Below are positions 20,111-28,519 of a stretch of DNA of 45,845 nt, one piece after another (the first letter of the stretch is position 1; each line of letters opens with the position of its first letter). Both the position numbers and the translations under genes were made by a program. The notes under the pieces are model-generated. The model searched no databases, was not told where the DNA came from, and worked only from the letters and a program-made list of their open reading frames with translations. This stretch comes from Syntrophobacterales bacterium GWC2_56_13. Its GTDB lineage: Bacteria; Desulfobacterota; Syntrophia; Syntrophales; UBA5619. The stretch covers positions 1-45,845 of the forward strand of contig MICJ01000108.1 in NCBI GenBank assembly GCA_001830835.1. Direction: 5' to 3'.

Positions 20111-22900
20111 CTAAAGATTCCCCAGGCATCGCTCACAAAGGGCCGGATGCTCGGCGCTTGTTCCTACCGTCTCGCTGTAGATCCAGCAGCGATGGCACTT
20201 CTCCCCCTTCGCCCGACTCACACCGACCACAAGTCCCGGTATATCGGCGCTCCGATAGGCCTCGCCGAGCGCCTGCTCACCAACGATTCGGACATCGGAG
20301 ACGATGAGAAGGGCCCGCAGATCCTCGCGGTGCGCCGCCAGAAGGTCCCGGAGCTTCTCCGGCGCGGCGATCGCCACGGCGGCATCGAGGGAATGGCCCA
20401 GGACCTTGTTCTGTCTGGTCGTTTCGATAGCCCTGGCCACCTCCCCTCTGACGGCGATGAGCGTCTTCCATCTCTCCGCCAGCTCAGGCTGAAGGTACGC
20501 CTCGTTCATTTCCGGAAGCTGGGTCAGGTGGACGCTTCCGGCCTTGCCGGGGTAGTCAGGCAGGGCGAGCCACACCTCTTCTGCCGTGAAGGTGAGGATA
20601 GGGGCCAGGAGCCGCGCCATGGCCTCCAAGATCTCCCTCACCGCGGTCTGGGCCGACCTGCGCGCGCGGGAAGCCGCCTTCGCAGTGTAGAGACGATCCT
20701 TCAGGACGTCCAGGTAGAGCGCGGAGAGGTCCACCGTGCAGAAGTTGTGAAGGTTGTAGTAAACCACGTGGAACTGGTACTGCTCGTAGGCCTCGCGAAC
20801 CCGGCGGATGACCTCCTGGAGGCGGTGGAGGATCCAGCGGTCCATCTCCTCCATCTCCTCGTAGGGAACCGTGTCGGTTCCGGGGTTGAAGTCATAGAGA
20901 TTTCCCAGGATGAACCGGCTGGTGTTCCTGATTCGCCGGTAGGCCTCGACAAGGCGCTTGAGAATTTCTCCGGAGATCCGGATGTCCTCGGTGTAGTCCT
21001 CGGCGGCCACCCAGAGCCGGAGGATCTCGGCGCCGTACTCGTCGATGATCGTCTGGGAGTCGATGACGTTTCCGACGGATTTGGACATCTTCTTGCCTTC
21101 TCCGTCCACGACGAAACCGTGGGTCAGGACGTTCCGGTAAGGGGCCCGTCCCCGCGTCCCCACCGATTCGAGGAGCGAGGAGTGGAACCAGCCCCGATGC
21201 TGGTCGTTTCCCTCGAGGTACATGTCCGCCGGGGAACTGAGGCCGGGTCTCTGTTCCAGAACGGCGGCATGGCTCACGCCGGAGTCGAACCAGACGTCCA
21301 GGATGTTCGTCTCTTTCTTGAAGGTCTCCCCACCGCATATGGCGCAGCGGGTCCCTGCGGGCAGAAGGTCCTTCGGCTCCCGCTCGAACCAGACATCGGC
21401 GCCGTACTCCCGGACGAGACGGACCACATGGTCGAGGATCTCTTGCGTCATCACCTCGCTCCCGCAGCCCTTGCAGTAGAACATCGTGATCGGCACGCCC
21501 CAGAGGCGCTGACGGGAGATGCACCAGTCGGGACGGTTCTCGATCATCCCGTGGATCCGGTCGCGGCCCCAGGCGGGGATCCAGGTCACGGCGTCGATGG
21601 CGGCGAGCGTTTTCTTTCTGAGGTCGTTCTTCTCCATGGAGATGAACCACTGCTCCGTGGAGCGGAAAATGATGGGCTGTTTGCAGCGCCAGCAGTGGGG
21701 ATAGGTGTGCTGCATCTCCATCTCCCCGAGCAGGGCGCCCTCCTCCTTCAGTTTCTTGTTGATCTCCTCATTGGCATCGAAAACGAACCTGCCGGCAAAA
21801 TCCCTGACGTCAGGGGTGAAGCAACCGTCGTCATCGACAGGGGCATAATTATCCAGGCCGTATTTCATCCCGATCTCGTAGTCCTCCTGGCCATGTCCCG
21901 GGGCGATATGGACGCATCCGCTCCCGGCATCGAGGGTCACGAAGGGGGCTACGATCAGGAGGCTCTCCCGGTCGATCAACGGGTGGCGGCATTTGAGGCC
22001 CTCCATGACCGATCCCGGAAACTCATCCAGAATCTCGCAAGGCTCATGAGCCAAACCAAAGGCGTCCAGGCAGCAGCTTAGGAGGTCCTTCGCCAGGATC
22101 AGGACCTCGCCTTTCACCTTCACGGCCGCGTAGGTAAATCCCTCATGGAAGGCGATGGCTAGGTTTGCCGGGATCGTCCAGGGGGTCGTCGTCCAGATGA
22201 CGACGGAGATCTTCTCCCGGGCCAGCTTCGGCAGGCGTTGAGTGATATCGGAAATGAGTGCAAATTTTACGTAGATCGACGGCGTCTTGTGGTCCTGGTA
22301 CTCGACTTCGGCCTCCGCCAGGGCGGTCTTGCAGGAGGCGCACCAGTAGACGGGCTTCTTCCCCTTGTAGACGCTCCCGTTAAGATAGAGTTTTCCGAAT
22401 TCTTGAACGGTCGTCGCCTCATATGCGTAGTTCATGGTCAGGTAGGGATTTTCCCACTCGCCGAAGACCCCGAGGCGCTTGAACTGTTCGCGCTGGATTC
22501 CGACGAATTTATCGGCATAGACCCTGCAGAAGCGGCGCTTGTCAGCTTGTGACATACCGGCCTTTTTTTCGCCCAGCTCCTTGTCCACCTGGTGTTCGAT
22601 GGGCAGCCCGTGGCAGTCCCAGCCGGGGACGTAGACGCTGTCACTACCGGTCATGTTCTTTGCCTTGATGAGGATGTCCTTGATGATCTTGTTGAGCGCG
22701 GTGCCCAGATGGATGCTCCCGTTGGCGTAGGGGGGGCCGTCGTGGAGGATGTAGGGCTTCCGCCCCTGCGAATCCTCGCGGATCCTGTCGTAGATGCGCA
22801 TCGCGTTCCAGCGGGCCAGCATCTCCGGCTCCCGTTTGGGCAGATTGGCCTTCATCGGGAAATCAGTCTTAGGCAGATTCAAACTATCCTTGTAATCCAT
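20111..22900 (-). CDS. ileS: Isoleucyl-tRNA synthetase
   Basis: Reads PPYANGSIHLGTALNK (HIGH), KMSKSVGN (KMSKS) and a C-terminal zinc knuckle CHRCW...CERC. The start is ATG 22900 (MDYKDSLNLPKTDFPM) with GAGGAG upstream. Confidence 0.95.
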   Translation of the reverse strand: MDYKDSLNLPKTDFPMKANLPKREPEMLARWNAMRIYDRIREDSQGRKPYILHDGPPYANGSIHLGTALNKIIKDILIKAKNMTGSDSVYVPGWDCHGLPIEHQVDKELGEKKAGMSQADKRRFCRVYADKFVGIQREQFKRLGVFGEWENPYLTMNYAYEATTVQEFGKLYLNGSVYKGKKPVYWCASCKTALAEAEVEYQDHKTPSIYVKFALISDITQRLPKLAREKISVVIWTTTPWTIPANLAIAFHEGFTYAAVKVKGEVLILAKDLLSCCLDAFGLAHEPCEILDEFPGSVMEGLKCRHPLIDRESLLIVAPFVTLDAGSGCVHIAPGHGQEDYEIGMKYGLDNYAPVDDDGCFTPDVRDFAGRFVFDANEEINKKLKEEGALLGEMEMQHTYPHCWRCKQPIIFRSTEQWFISMEKNDLRKKTLAAIDAVTWIPAWGRDRIHGMIENRPDWCISRQRLWGVPITMFYCKGCGSEVMTQEILDHVVRLVREYGADVWFEREPKDLLPAGTRCAICGGETFKKETNILDVWFDSGVSHAAVLEQRPGLSSPADMYLEGNDQHRGWFHSSLLESVGTRGRAPYRNVLTHGFVVDGEGKKMSKSVGNVIDSQTIIDEYGAEILRLWVAAEDYTEDIRISGEILKRLVEAYRRIRNTSRFILGNLYDFNPGTDTVPYEEMEEMDRWILHRLQEVIRRVREAYEQYQFHVVYYNLHNFCTVDLSALYLDVLKDRLYTAKAASRARRSAQTAVREILEAMARLLAPILTFTAEEVWLALPDYPGKAGSVHLTQLPEMNEAYLQPELAERWKTLIAVRGEVARAIETTRQNKVLGHSLDAAVAIAAPEKLRDLLAAHREDLRALLIVSDVRIVGEQALGEAYRSADIPGLVVGVSRAKGEKCHRCWIYSETVGTSAEHPALCERCLGNL

Positions 22901-23082
22901 GCAACGCTCCTCAAGATGAAATGTCTTCGACGCCCCCCCGGTTTCTCGGGAAGGCATCCTCCTTGCAAATAGCGGAGAAAACTACCACAGATGGACCCCG
23001 GTTTCAAGCCTCATCATCTTTTTATTGCAGAATCTACCTGAGATTTCTGAGCATACGGCTATATTGACAATACGTATTTACC

Positions 23083-23127
23083 CCCCGTCGGACCAGCCGA
23101 AAGGCCTCTGGCGGGGTTTTGTTTTTT
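23083..23127 (+). terminator. Intrinsic-terminator-like hairpin oriented on the + strand, with no + strand gene upstream
   Basis: CCCCGTCGGACCAGCCGAAAGGCCTCTGGCGGGG is followed by TTTTGTTTTTT. It sits between the ileS promoter region and the end of the accessory block. Confidence 0.5.
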
Positions 23128-23196
23128 ATGACATTTGTGACTGTGGGGAAATATCATGCCTGAAGAACCTGTAGTCAAACAAAGCGGTGTCAAGTT

Positions 23197-24702
23197 TCAG
23201 CAAACATCTTTGCTCGGCGCAGCAGGAATCTCCTTTCGCCGTGGCCAAATCTGATCCGGTGTCGGATTATCGACGTCTTTCGGATAGGTGAATCCGGCGA
23301 GATCGCTTTTCTCAAAGGACAATCCATAGGCCACAGAAAGACGCCGCATCCAGCGCGTTTCCGAATCATTGAGTTCAAGGTCGCGAGGTACTGGAAGTCC
23401 AACCACATCCGGCATGATTGATTGACGAAATAACTGTCCAGAAAATTGTCCGGTGAATGGATACATCACAGCAGTTTTATAGGGATGCTCACAATGGCCG
23501 CCACCGCCAAAAATCACTTTAATATCATTCAACTGGTCTTTGACGAACAATTTCTTCTTGGTGAAGGCAAGAGTGGCTTGCGTCCCTGCCTTCAAGCCCT
23601 CGGCTATCCATTCTCTTGCATACATCAACTCACGATCGCTATCTCCCTTTTCTTTTTTTTCCCGCCACCTTTCTAAAGATACCCTGTCCACACTGCCGGA
23701 CATGCTGGCAGCTTTGTGTTCAATTTGACTTGACCCCAAAGGAAATATGCCGCCGTGGAGATAGGTCAGATGTTCGCTTTGGTTATCATTTCGGCGCATG
23801 AAGATAAAAACGCTCTGGTCCACTGTCCCCGCACCAGTATCAGAAAACAGGTAAATTCCTGGGCTGGAGACTCGGGATTTGACGAATCCCTGGACATTGG
23901 AGCTCACCTCAGGATAGATAAAACAGGCCTTGTCCAAAGAGTCATCCATGATGTTCTTGTTTTTCTCCCTTATTGCGGCAAGCTCGGGTAGAGACACCGG
24001 TGGATGTCCGGCAAGCTCACTGGCAAGGCTCCATGCTTCGCAAAGGATCTTTTGGAAAAGTGCATTGACCTCCGGCCGTTCGGCATCGGCCACAGGCACG
24101 GCAAGATTGATCGCCATATAATCATTCGGTAGCTTCCCGAAATTTGGCAGTCTTCGCCGTACATCCTCCTGAATTTGGCCAAAGGCACCAGCCAGGAAGT
24201 ACACCGCACAGGCTTCCACGAATCCGGCCAACGGGCATCCATCCACCGATCCACCGTTTTCATAGTAAGGGGCAAGGACCGGGGCGTCCCACTCCTGCCG
24301 TGCTGTCTTCACCAATGCGTGTTTTAAGTGGTAGAGTCCGTTTTCAGGATAGTGGGACCGGCAGTTGCCGACATGTCCAATGACTCCATCCTTGAGCACC
24401 AATACACTGGAAATCAGGAATGGAAGCTCTTGCTCCTGAGTTTCGGGAGGAAGATGGACCCATGCCTTGTCGATCACGATATCTCGGCAGATGCATTTGC
24501 AGTAAGAAGTACCGAAATCGAACCCGATTTGAATGAAGTAAGGAGTGCGTTTAGTTTGTGCCAACTGGATAGAGTCTGAACTTTCATGTGGGGGCGCTTT
24601 GGTTTCGCGAAGAGATGGAATCGTTTTAGAATCGGTTTGCCGTTGGTCCCGGCCAAAGAGCATTTCCTTAATATTTTTAACTAATATCGAGAACTTGCCC
24701 AT
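23197..24702 (-). CDS. Hsp70/actin-fold (ASKHA) ATPase of unknown function, partner of the SNF2 helicase
   Basis: 501 aa. It carries IGFDFGTSYCK (phosphate-1 DxG), LFSDTGAGTVDQS (phosphate-2 DxGxGTxD) and VIFGGGGHCE (adenosine motif). There is no DnaK-type substrate-binding domain. The N-terminal ~55 aa are low-complexity. GGGGAAAGGGG lies upstream of the ATG. Confidence 0.7.
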   Translation of the reverse strand: MGKFSILVKNIKEMLFGRDQRQTDSKTIPSLRETKAPPHESSDSIQLAQTKRTPYFIQIGFDFGTSYCKCICRDIVIDKAWVHLPPETQEQELPFLISSVLVLKDGVIGHVGNCRSHYPENGLYHLKHALVKTARQEWDAPVLAPYYENGGSVDGCPLAGFVEACAVYFLAGAFGQIQEDVRRRLPNFGKLPNDYMAINLAVPVADAERPEVNALFQKILCEAWSLASELAGHPPVSLPELAAIREKNKNIMDDSLDKACFIYPEVSSNVQGFVKSRVSSPGIYLFSDTGAGTVDQSVFIFMRRNDNQSEHLTYLHGGIFPLGSSQIEHKAASMSGSVDRVSLERWREKKEKGDSDRELMYAREWIAEGLKAGTQATLAFTKKKLFVKDQLNDIKVIFGGGGHCEHPYKTAVMYPFTGQFSGQLFRQSIMPDVVGLPVPRDLELNDSETRWMRRLSVAYGLSFEKSDLAGFTYPKDVDNPTPDQIWPRRKEIPAAPSKDVC

Positions 24703-24725
24703 TGGGACATACCCCTTTCCCCAGT

Positions 24726-27700
24726 TTATGGCCCAGCAACACGGAATATTCCCGCACCTACCTCAGCCTGTTCCATGTCAATTTGTGCCTTCATATTCAG
24801 TTCGTTGAGGCGCTTCTCTTTATTTTCGATAGCCGTTTTCAACCGGCCTTCCGTCAAACGGATCACCCGAGGGTCACGGCTGGCCTCCCGTAATGTGCGG
24901 AGGCGCTGCTCATCCTGTCCGATACGTCGATCGAAGAATCCCTTGACCCTCTGCACTTTGATTTGCAGGATCGTTTCGTTCTCTGCTTCGAAGTCCGTTA
25001 CCTTTTCCGAAAAACGTTTGCCCAGATCCTCTTCCAACACTTTGTGTGCATGGAGCAATGCCTGTCTGTCGCAATCAACGTAATCCCACTCTCTGCTTCT
25101 GCGCAGGAGACATTGGAGGATGGCCTCAGACTCATCCGGTGAATAATTCTTTCCGTTCGACAATGACCGTATCCCATAGGCAAGCGTCTCACGGTTAGAG
25201 ATTCCTTTCAGCCGCCAGCGCTCAATGCGGTAGCAGTAATCGCCCGTCTGCAATTCGGGATGGGCAATCCGGATCGCAGACACATCAAAGAATCCATGCG
25301 CTCTGTCCTGATTGGTTCTTGTGATCCAACGAATCAGCGGAGAGATGTGATTCACGAAATGGACAACCCTTCTCTGGCTGAGCGGGAAACGCTGGAGCAC
25401 TTCGCGCCGGAAACTAATGTTGAACTCCTTTTGCCGAAACGGTCGTGCGCTTAGAGAGCGGTCATCACGGATGAAGCCGGACAACGAGGACTGAGCCTCA
25501 TAGGTCAATCGTATTTGGAGGCAGCCTTCGGCTGGCGTATTGTGATTAACTGTGCATCCCCGGAATTCCCGCTCGAAGAAATCCGTCAGGTAATCCTCCA
25601 ACTCTTCCGCTTGCAGGTAGCGTCCCTTTTCCCGGTCTTCCTCAATTTTTTGCTGTACATAATCCGAAAGGGCAATAAGGGCGTCTCCCGATTCTTCCAA
25701 CGCCTGAATGCGAAACAGATCTCCTTCAATGACATTTTTCGACTGTTCAATAAGAAGGTCTTGTTGATCAGGGGTCAAATCTTTGCTGAGCAATTCGACC
25801 GTCAGATTTTGCACCTCTTTTCCGATCACAGCCTCCAGATCGCCTAAGCTGTTGGCGAAGCGTTCGAGTTTGGTGTGCAGCCTGTCGTAGAGGCGTTCCT
25901 CGATGGTGTCCCGAACCTTGAAATTGACGATTGAGAGGCGTTTCGCTTGCTGACCTACGCGGTCGATACGGCCGATCCGCTGTTCGACACGCATCGGATT
26001 CCACGGCAGATCGTAGTTGGCCATCACCCGGCAGAACTGCAGATCGATGCCTTCACTGCCGACCTCCGAGGAGAGTAGGACTCTTGGCCCCCGAGGATCT
26101 TTGAAACGTTCGATTTCCTCCCAGCGTTGCTCGTTCGGAACGCCGCCATGGATCACGGTTACACCAATGCCCTCCGCCGTAAGACGGCGCATGAGGTAAG
26201 CGAGTGTCGGGCGGTAATAGGCGAAGATGACAGCCTTTTCATCCGGCAGAATCTCTACCAGCATTCGGTGCAGCTCTTTATACTTGCTGTCGTTTGCCTC
26301 GAAGTCATAGGCCAGCAACTGGACGATGTCCGCTTCGCCCAGATCCTCTCCGGGATCCTCGTCGAAGAGATCATCGAACACCTCCTCGCCCATCGCCTCA
26401 CCGAAGAGATCTCCGGGGTCCCCAAACCGGCCGTCCCGAACCTCCTGGGCCAGCACTGGCAGGCAGCTTGCGGCCCGAAGCTGCAGGCCTATTGCCTGAA
26501 AAACATGAAAAGGCCGACTATCCAGGCGGCACTTGCGCCGGACGATCTGGAGGATTGCCCGGTAAAGCTCCATCTCCTCGGCAGAATAAACAACCGAAAG
26601 GACTACAGGGTCACGTAGCGGGCGGTTTTCCTTTACCTGGACCCGGCGCGTACGATTCACATAACCGCCCAGCAGGTTCAGTTTCTCCACTATGTCCTGG
26701 CATTTCGCGAGCTGGGCTTTGTCCAGTCTGTCCAGATGTTCAAGTTGTTCCAGAAACTGTTTGAACAAGGGCGCTTGGCTGATGAACCGGCTTTCACTCA
26801 TGCCTGCAACCGCCGACGCCAATAGAGAGGTATCCACCGGCGTCCGGGCCAGCGCGTTGCCCGCCTGAACCGCAGGGCGATTGGCTTCAAGCAATTCCTC
26901 GAACAACCCCTGCGTTTCAAAAAAGCTTTCATCAATCAGACGCAAAAGGCTGTGGAGATCCGTGTTGCTGTTGTTGACAGGCGTCGCCGATACACAAAGC
27001 ACCGCACCCGCATTGGCCGCAAGCCCCTCGCCGAGATGGAAGGTAGTCGTCGCCGGGTTCCGCATATAATGCGCCTCATCGAAGATCACCATATCGAAGG
27101 GATCATAACCCAGAGACCAATGGTGCAGCTCACGCAGGAGGCTGGTTTTCGGAGAGCTGGCCGGTTTGGCTTCCGGCGGCTCTTCCAGAAAACGCAATTC
27201 GGCCTTCGGAGGGCGCAGCCCCGTATAGGTGGCGATTAGAACGAATGCATGACCCGGTCCGATTTTTTTCAGCTCTATTAGCTCCCGATCCAGCTCTGCA
27301 AATGCGACCACGCGGGCGTCGAAAAGAAACTTGCTCCGGAGCTCATCACGCCATTTGTTGGCCAGGATCTTCGGACAGACCACCAGCAGTCTTTGAGCTT
27401 GTCGTCGAGCCTGCAATTCAAGCCAGATCAGGGCTGACTCGATCGTCTTGCCCAAGCCTACTTCGTCGGCGATGATGAGCCGCTCGGTGGGTGAGTTGAA
27501 GAACTTGAGAACCGGCTTGAACTGGTAGGGATAGAAATCGATCTGCGCCGCCTCCATCGAATAGATCAGCGGCCGGTAACTGTTGCCGCCGCCTGGATAA
27601 GAGAGCTGCAACATCAGATGCGGACCCGCCTTCCGCCAATGGCCGGTGTATTGTCCGGGCTGTCCCGGATTGTTCCTATCGATCACCCATTCGCCGGGGG

Positions 27701-27746
27701 AAAAGGGGATTTCACCATTGGACGGATCATCGTTCACGGTTCTCAT
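24726..27746 (-). CDS. SNF2/RapA-like superfamily-2 helicase with a long uncharacterised C-terminal region
   Basis: 1006 aa. It carries YPYQ...IIADEVGLGKTIES (motif I), MVIFDEAHYMRN (II), CVSATPVNN (III), GSEGIDLQ (V) and PWNPMRVEQRIGRIDRVGQ (VI). The ~400 aa after motif VI have no motif I can assign. TAGGAG lies upstream of ATG 27746. Confidence 0.85.
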   Translation of the reverse strand: MRTVNDDPSNGEIPFSPGEWVIDRNNPGQPGQYTGHWRKAGPHLMLQLSYPGGGNSYRPLIYSMEAAQIDFYPYQFKPVLKFFNSPTERLIIADEVGLGKTIESALIWLELQARRQAQRLLVVCPKILANKWRDELRSKFLFDARVVAFAELDRELIELKKIGPGHAFVLIATYTGLRPPKAELRFLEEPPEAKPASSPKTSLLRELHHWSLGYDPFDMVIFDEAHYMRNPATTTFHLGEGLAANAGAVLCVSATPVNNSNTDLHSLLRLIDESFFETQGLFEELLEANRPAVQAGNALARTPVDTSLLASAVAGMSESRFISQAPLFKQFLEQLEHLDRLDKAQLAKCQDIVEKLNLLGGYVNRTRRVQVKENRPLRDPVVLSVVYSAEEMELYRAILQIVRRKCRLDSRPFHVFQAIGLQLRAASCLPVLAQEVRDGRFGDPGDLFGEAMGEEVFDDLFDEDPGEDLGEADIVQLLAYDFEANDSKYKELHRMLVEILPDEKAVIFAYYRPTLAYLMRRLTAEGIGVTVIHGGVPNEQRWEEIERFKDPRGPRVLLSSEVGSEGIDLQFCRVMANYDLPWNPMRVEQRIGRIDRVGQQAKRLSIVNFKVRDTIEERLYDRLHTKLERFANSLGDLEAVIGKEVQNLTVELLSKDLTPDQQDLLIEQSKNVIEGDLFRIQALEESGDALIALSDYVQQKIEEDREKGRYLQAEELEDYLTDFFEREFRGCTVNHNTPAEGCLQIRLTYEAQSSLSGFIRDDRSLSARPFRQKEFNISFRREVLQRFPLSQRRVVHFVNHISPLIRWITRTNQDRAHGFFDVSAIRIAHPELQTGDYCYRIERWRLKGISNRETLAYGIRSLSNGKNYSPDESEAILQCLLRRSREWDYVDCDRQALLHAHKVLEEDLGKRFSEKVTDFEAENETILQIKVQRVKGFFDRRIGQDEQRLRTLREASRDPRVIRLTEGRLKTAIENKEKRLNELNMKAQIDMEQAEVGAGIFRVAGP

Positions 27747-27790
27747 CTCCTAACAACCCAGAACTTTGTCGGAACCAGAGGCCCATATGG

Positions 27791-28519
27791 TCAATATTTC
27801 CATGTCTCATGTCCCAGGGGGCCTTTATTCAGCGTTTCACGCAAAAATCTCCACTTAGGTATGAACTTGTCCATATAAGCTGTAAAGCGATCATTATGGT
27901 GGCGTTCCAGCAGATGGACCAGTTCATGAACAAGGATGTATTCAAGACATTGGATGGGCTTTTTGGCCAGATCGAGATTGAGCCATATCCGGCGGACCTT
28001 GATATTACAGGCCCCCCACTTGGTCTTCATCTTCTTGATGCCCCAATCGGCAACCTGAACATCCAGGGTCTGCTGCCACTTATCGAGTAGCGGTGGGACC
28101 AGGGCTTTTAGTTGCTCCCGATACCATTGTTGTAAAATCTTCTCTCGACGCTCTGCATCCGTTCCCGGCCGCACGTAGAGGTCTATGGCTGCCTTGTTCC
28201 GGAGCACTACTTTCCCAGCCCCGTTTTGTTCTTTTGTATTCAATCGGTAACGCTGGCCCAAAAAATAGTGGCTCTCGCCGGTGACCATCTCTCGCCGGGA
28301 CTGACGCGGCTGATCTTCAAACTTCGCCTTCTGTCGTTTGATCCAGCCAAGCCTTGAGATCACCGCCAACTTTACTGCATCATCACTCACTGCCAACGGT
28401 GCCGCCACCCGCACACGGCCATAGGGAGGATACACGCCCAGGTGCAGATTCTTTATGGCCTTGCGCACCACATCGACGGTTATACCGCTGACTTTGATTC
28501 GATGTGCTTCAATATTCAT
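27791..28519 (-). CDS. YgjP/DUF45-family zinc metallohydrolase (M48/WLM-like)
   Basis: 242 aa with KTKWGAC and YILVHELVHLLERHH (HExxH), the family pattern. This family commonly follows hsdR. It overlaps the end of the hsdR C-terminal fragment by 11 nt. Confidence 0.85.
   Translation of the reverse strand: MNIEAHRIKVSGITVDVVRKAIKNLHLGVYPPYGRVRVAAPLAVSDDAVKLAVISRLGWIKRQKAKFEDQPRQSRREMVTGESHYFLGQRYRLNTKEQNGAGKVVLRNKAAIDLYVRPGTDAERREKILQQWYREQLKALVPPLLDKWQQTLDVQVADWGIKKMKTKWGACNIKVRRIWLNLDLAKKPIQCLEYILVHELVHLLERHHNDRFTAYMDKFIPKWRFLRETLNKGPLGHETWKY

Noticed and set aside
20072-22081. 669-aa + strand ORF
   Set aside because: It lies entirely antisense to ileS, whose HIGH/KMSKS motifs make the minus-strand gene certain. 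The composition (R/G/A/L/P/V-rich, no motifs) is typical of GC-rich antisense frames.
22901-23082. T-box or attenuator leader upstream of ileS
   Set aside because: There is no T-box conserved sequence or specifier-loop architecture. The only terminator-like hairpin nearby is on the opposite strand.
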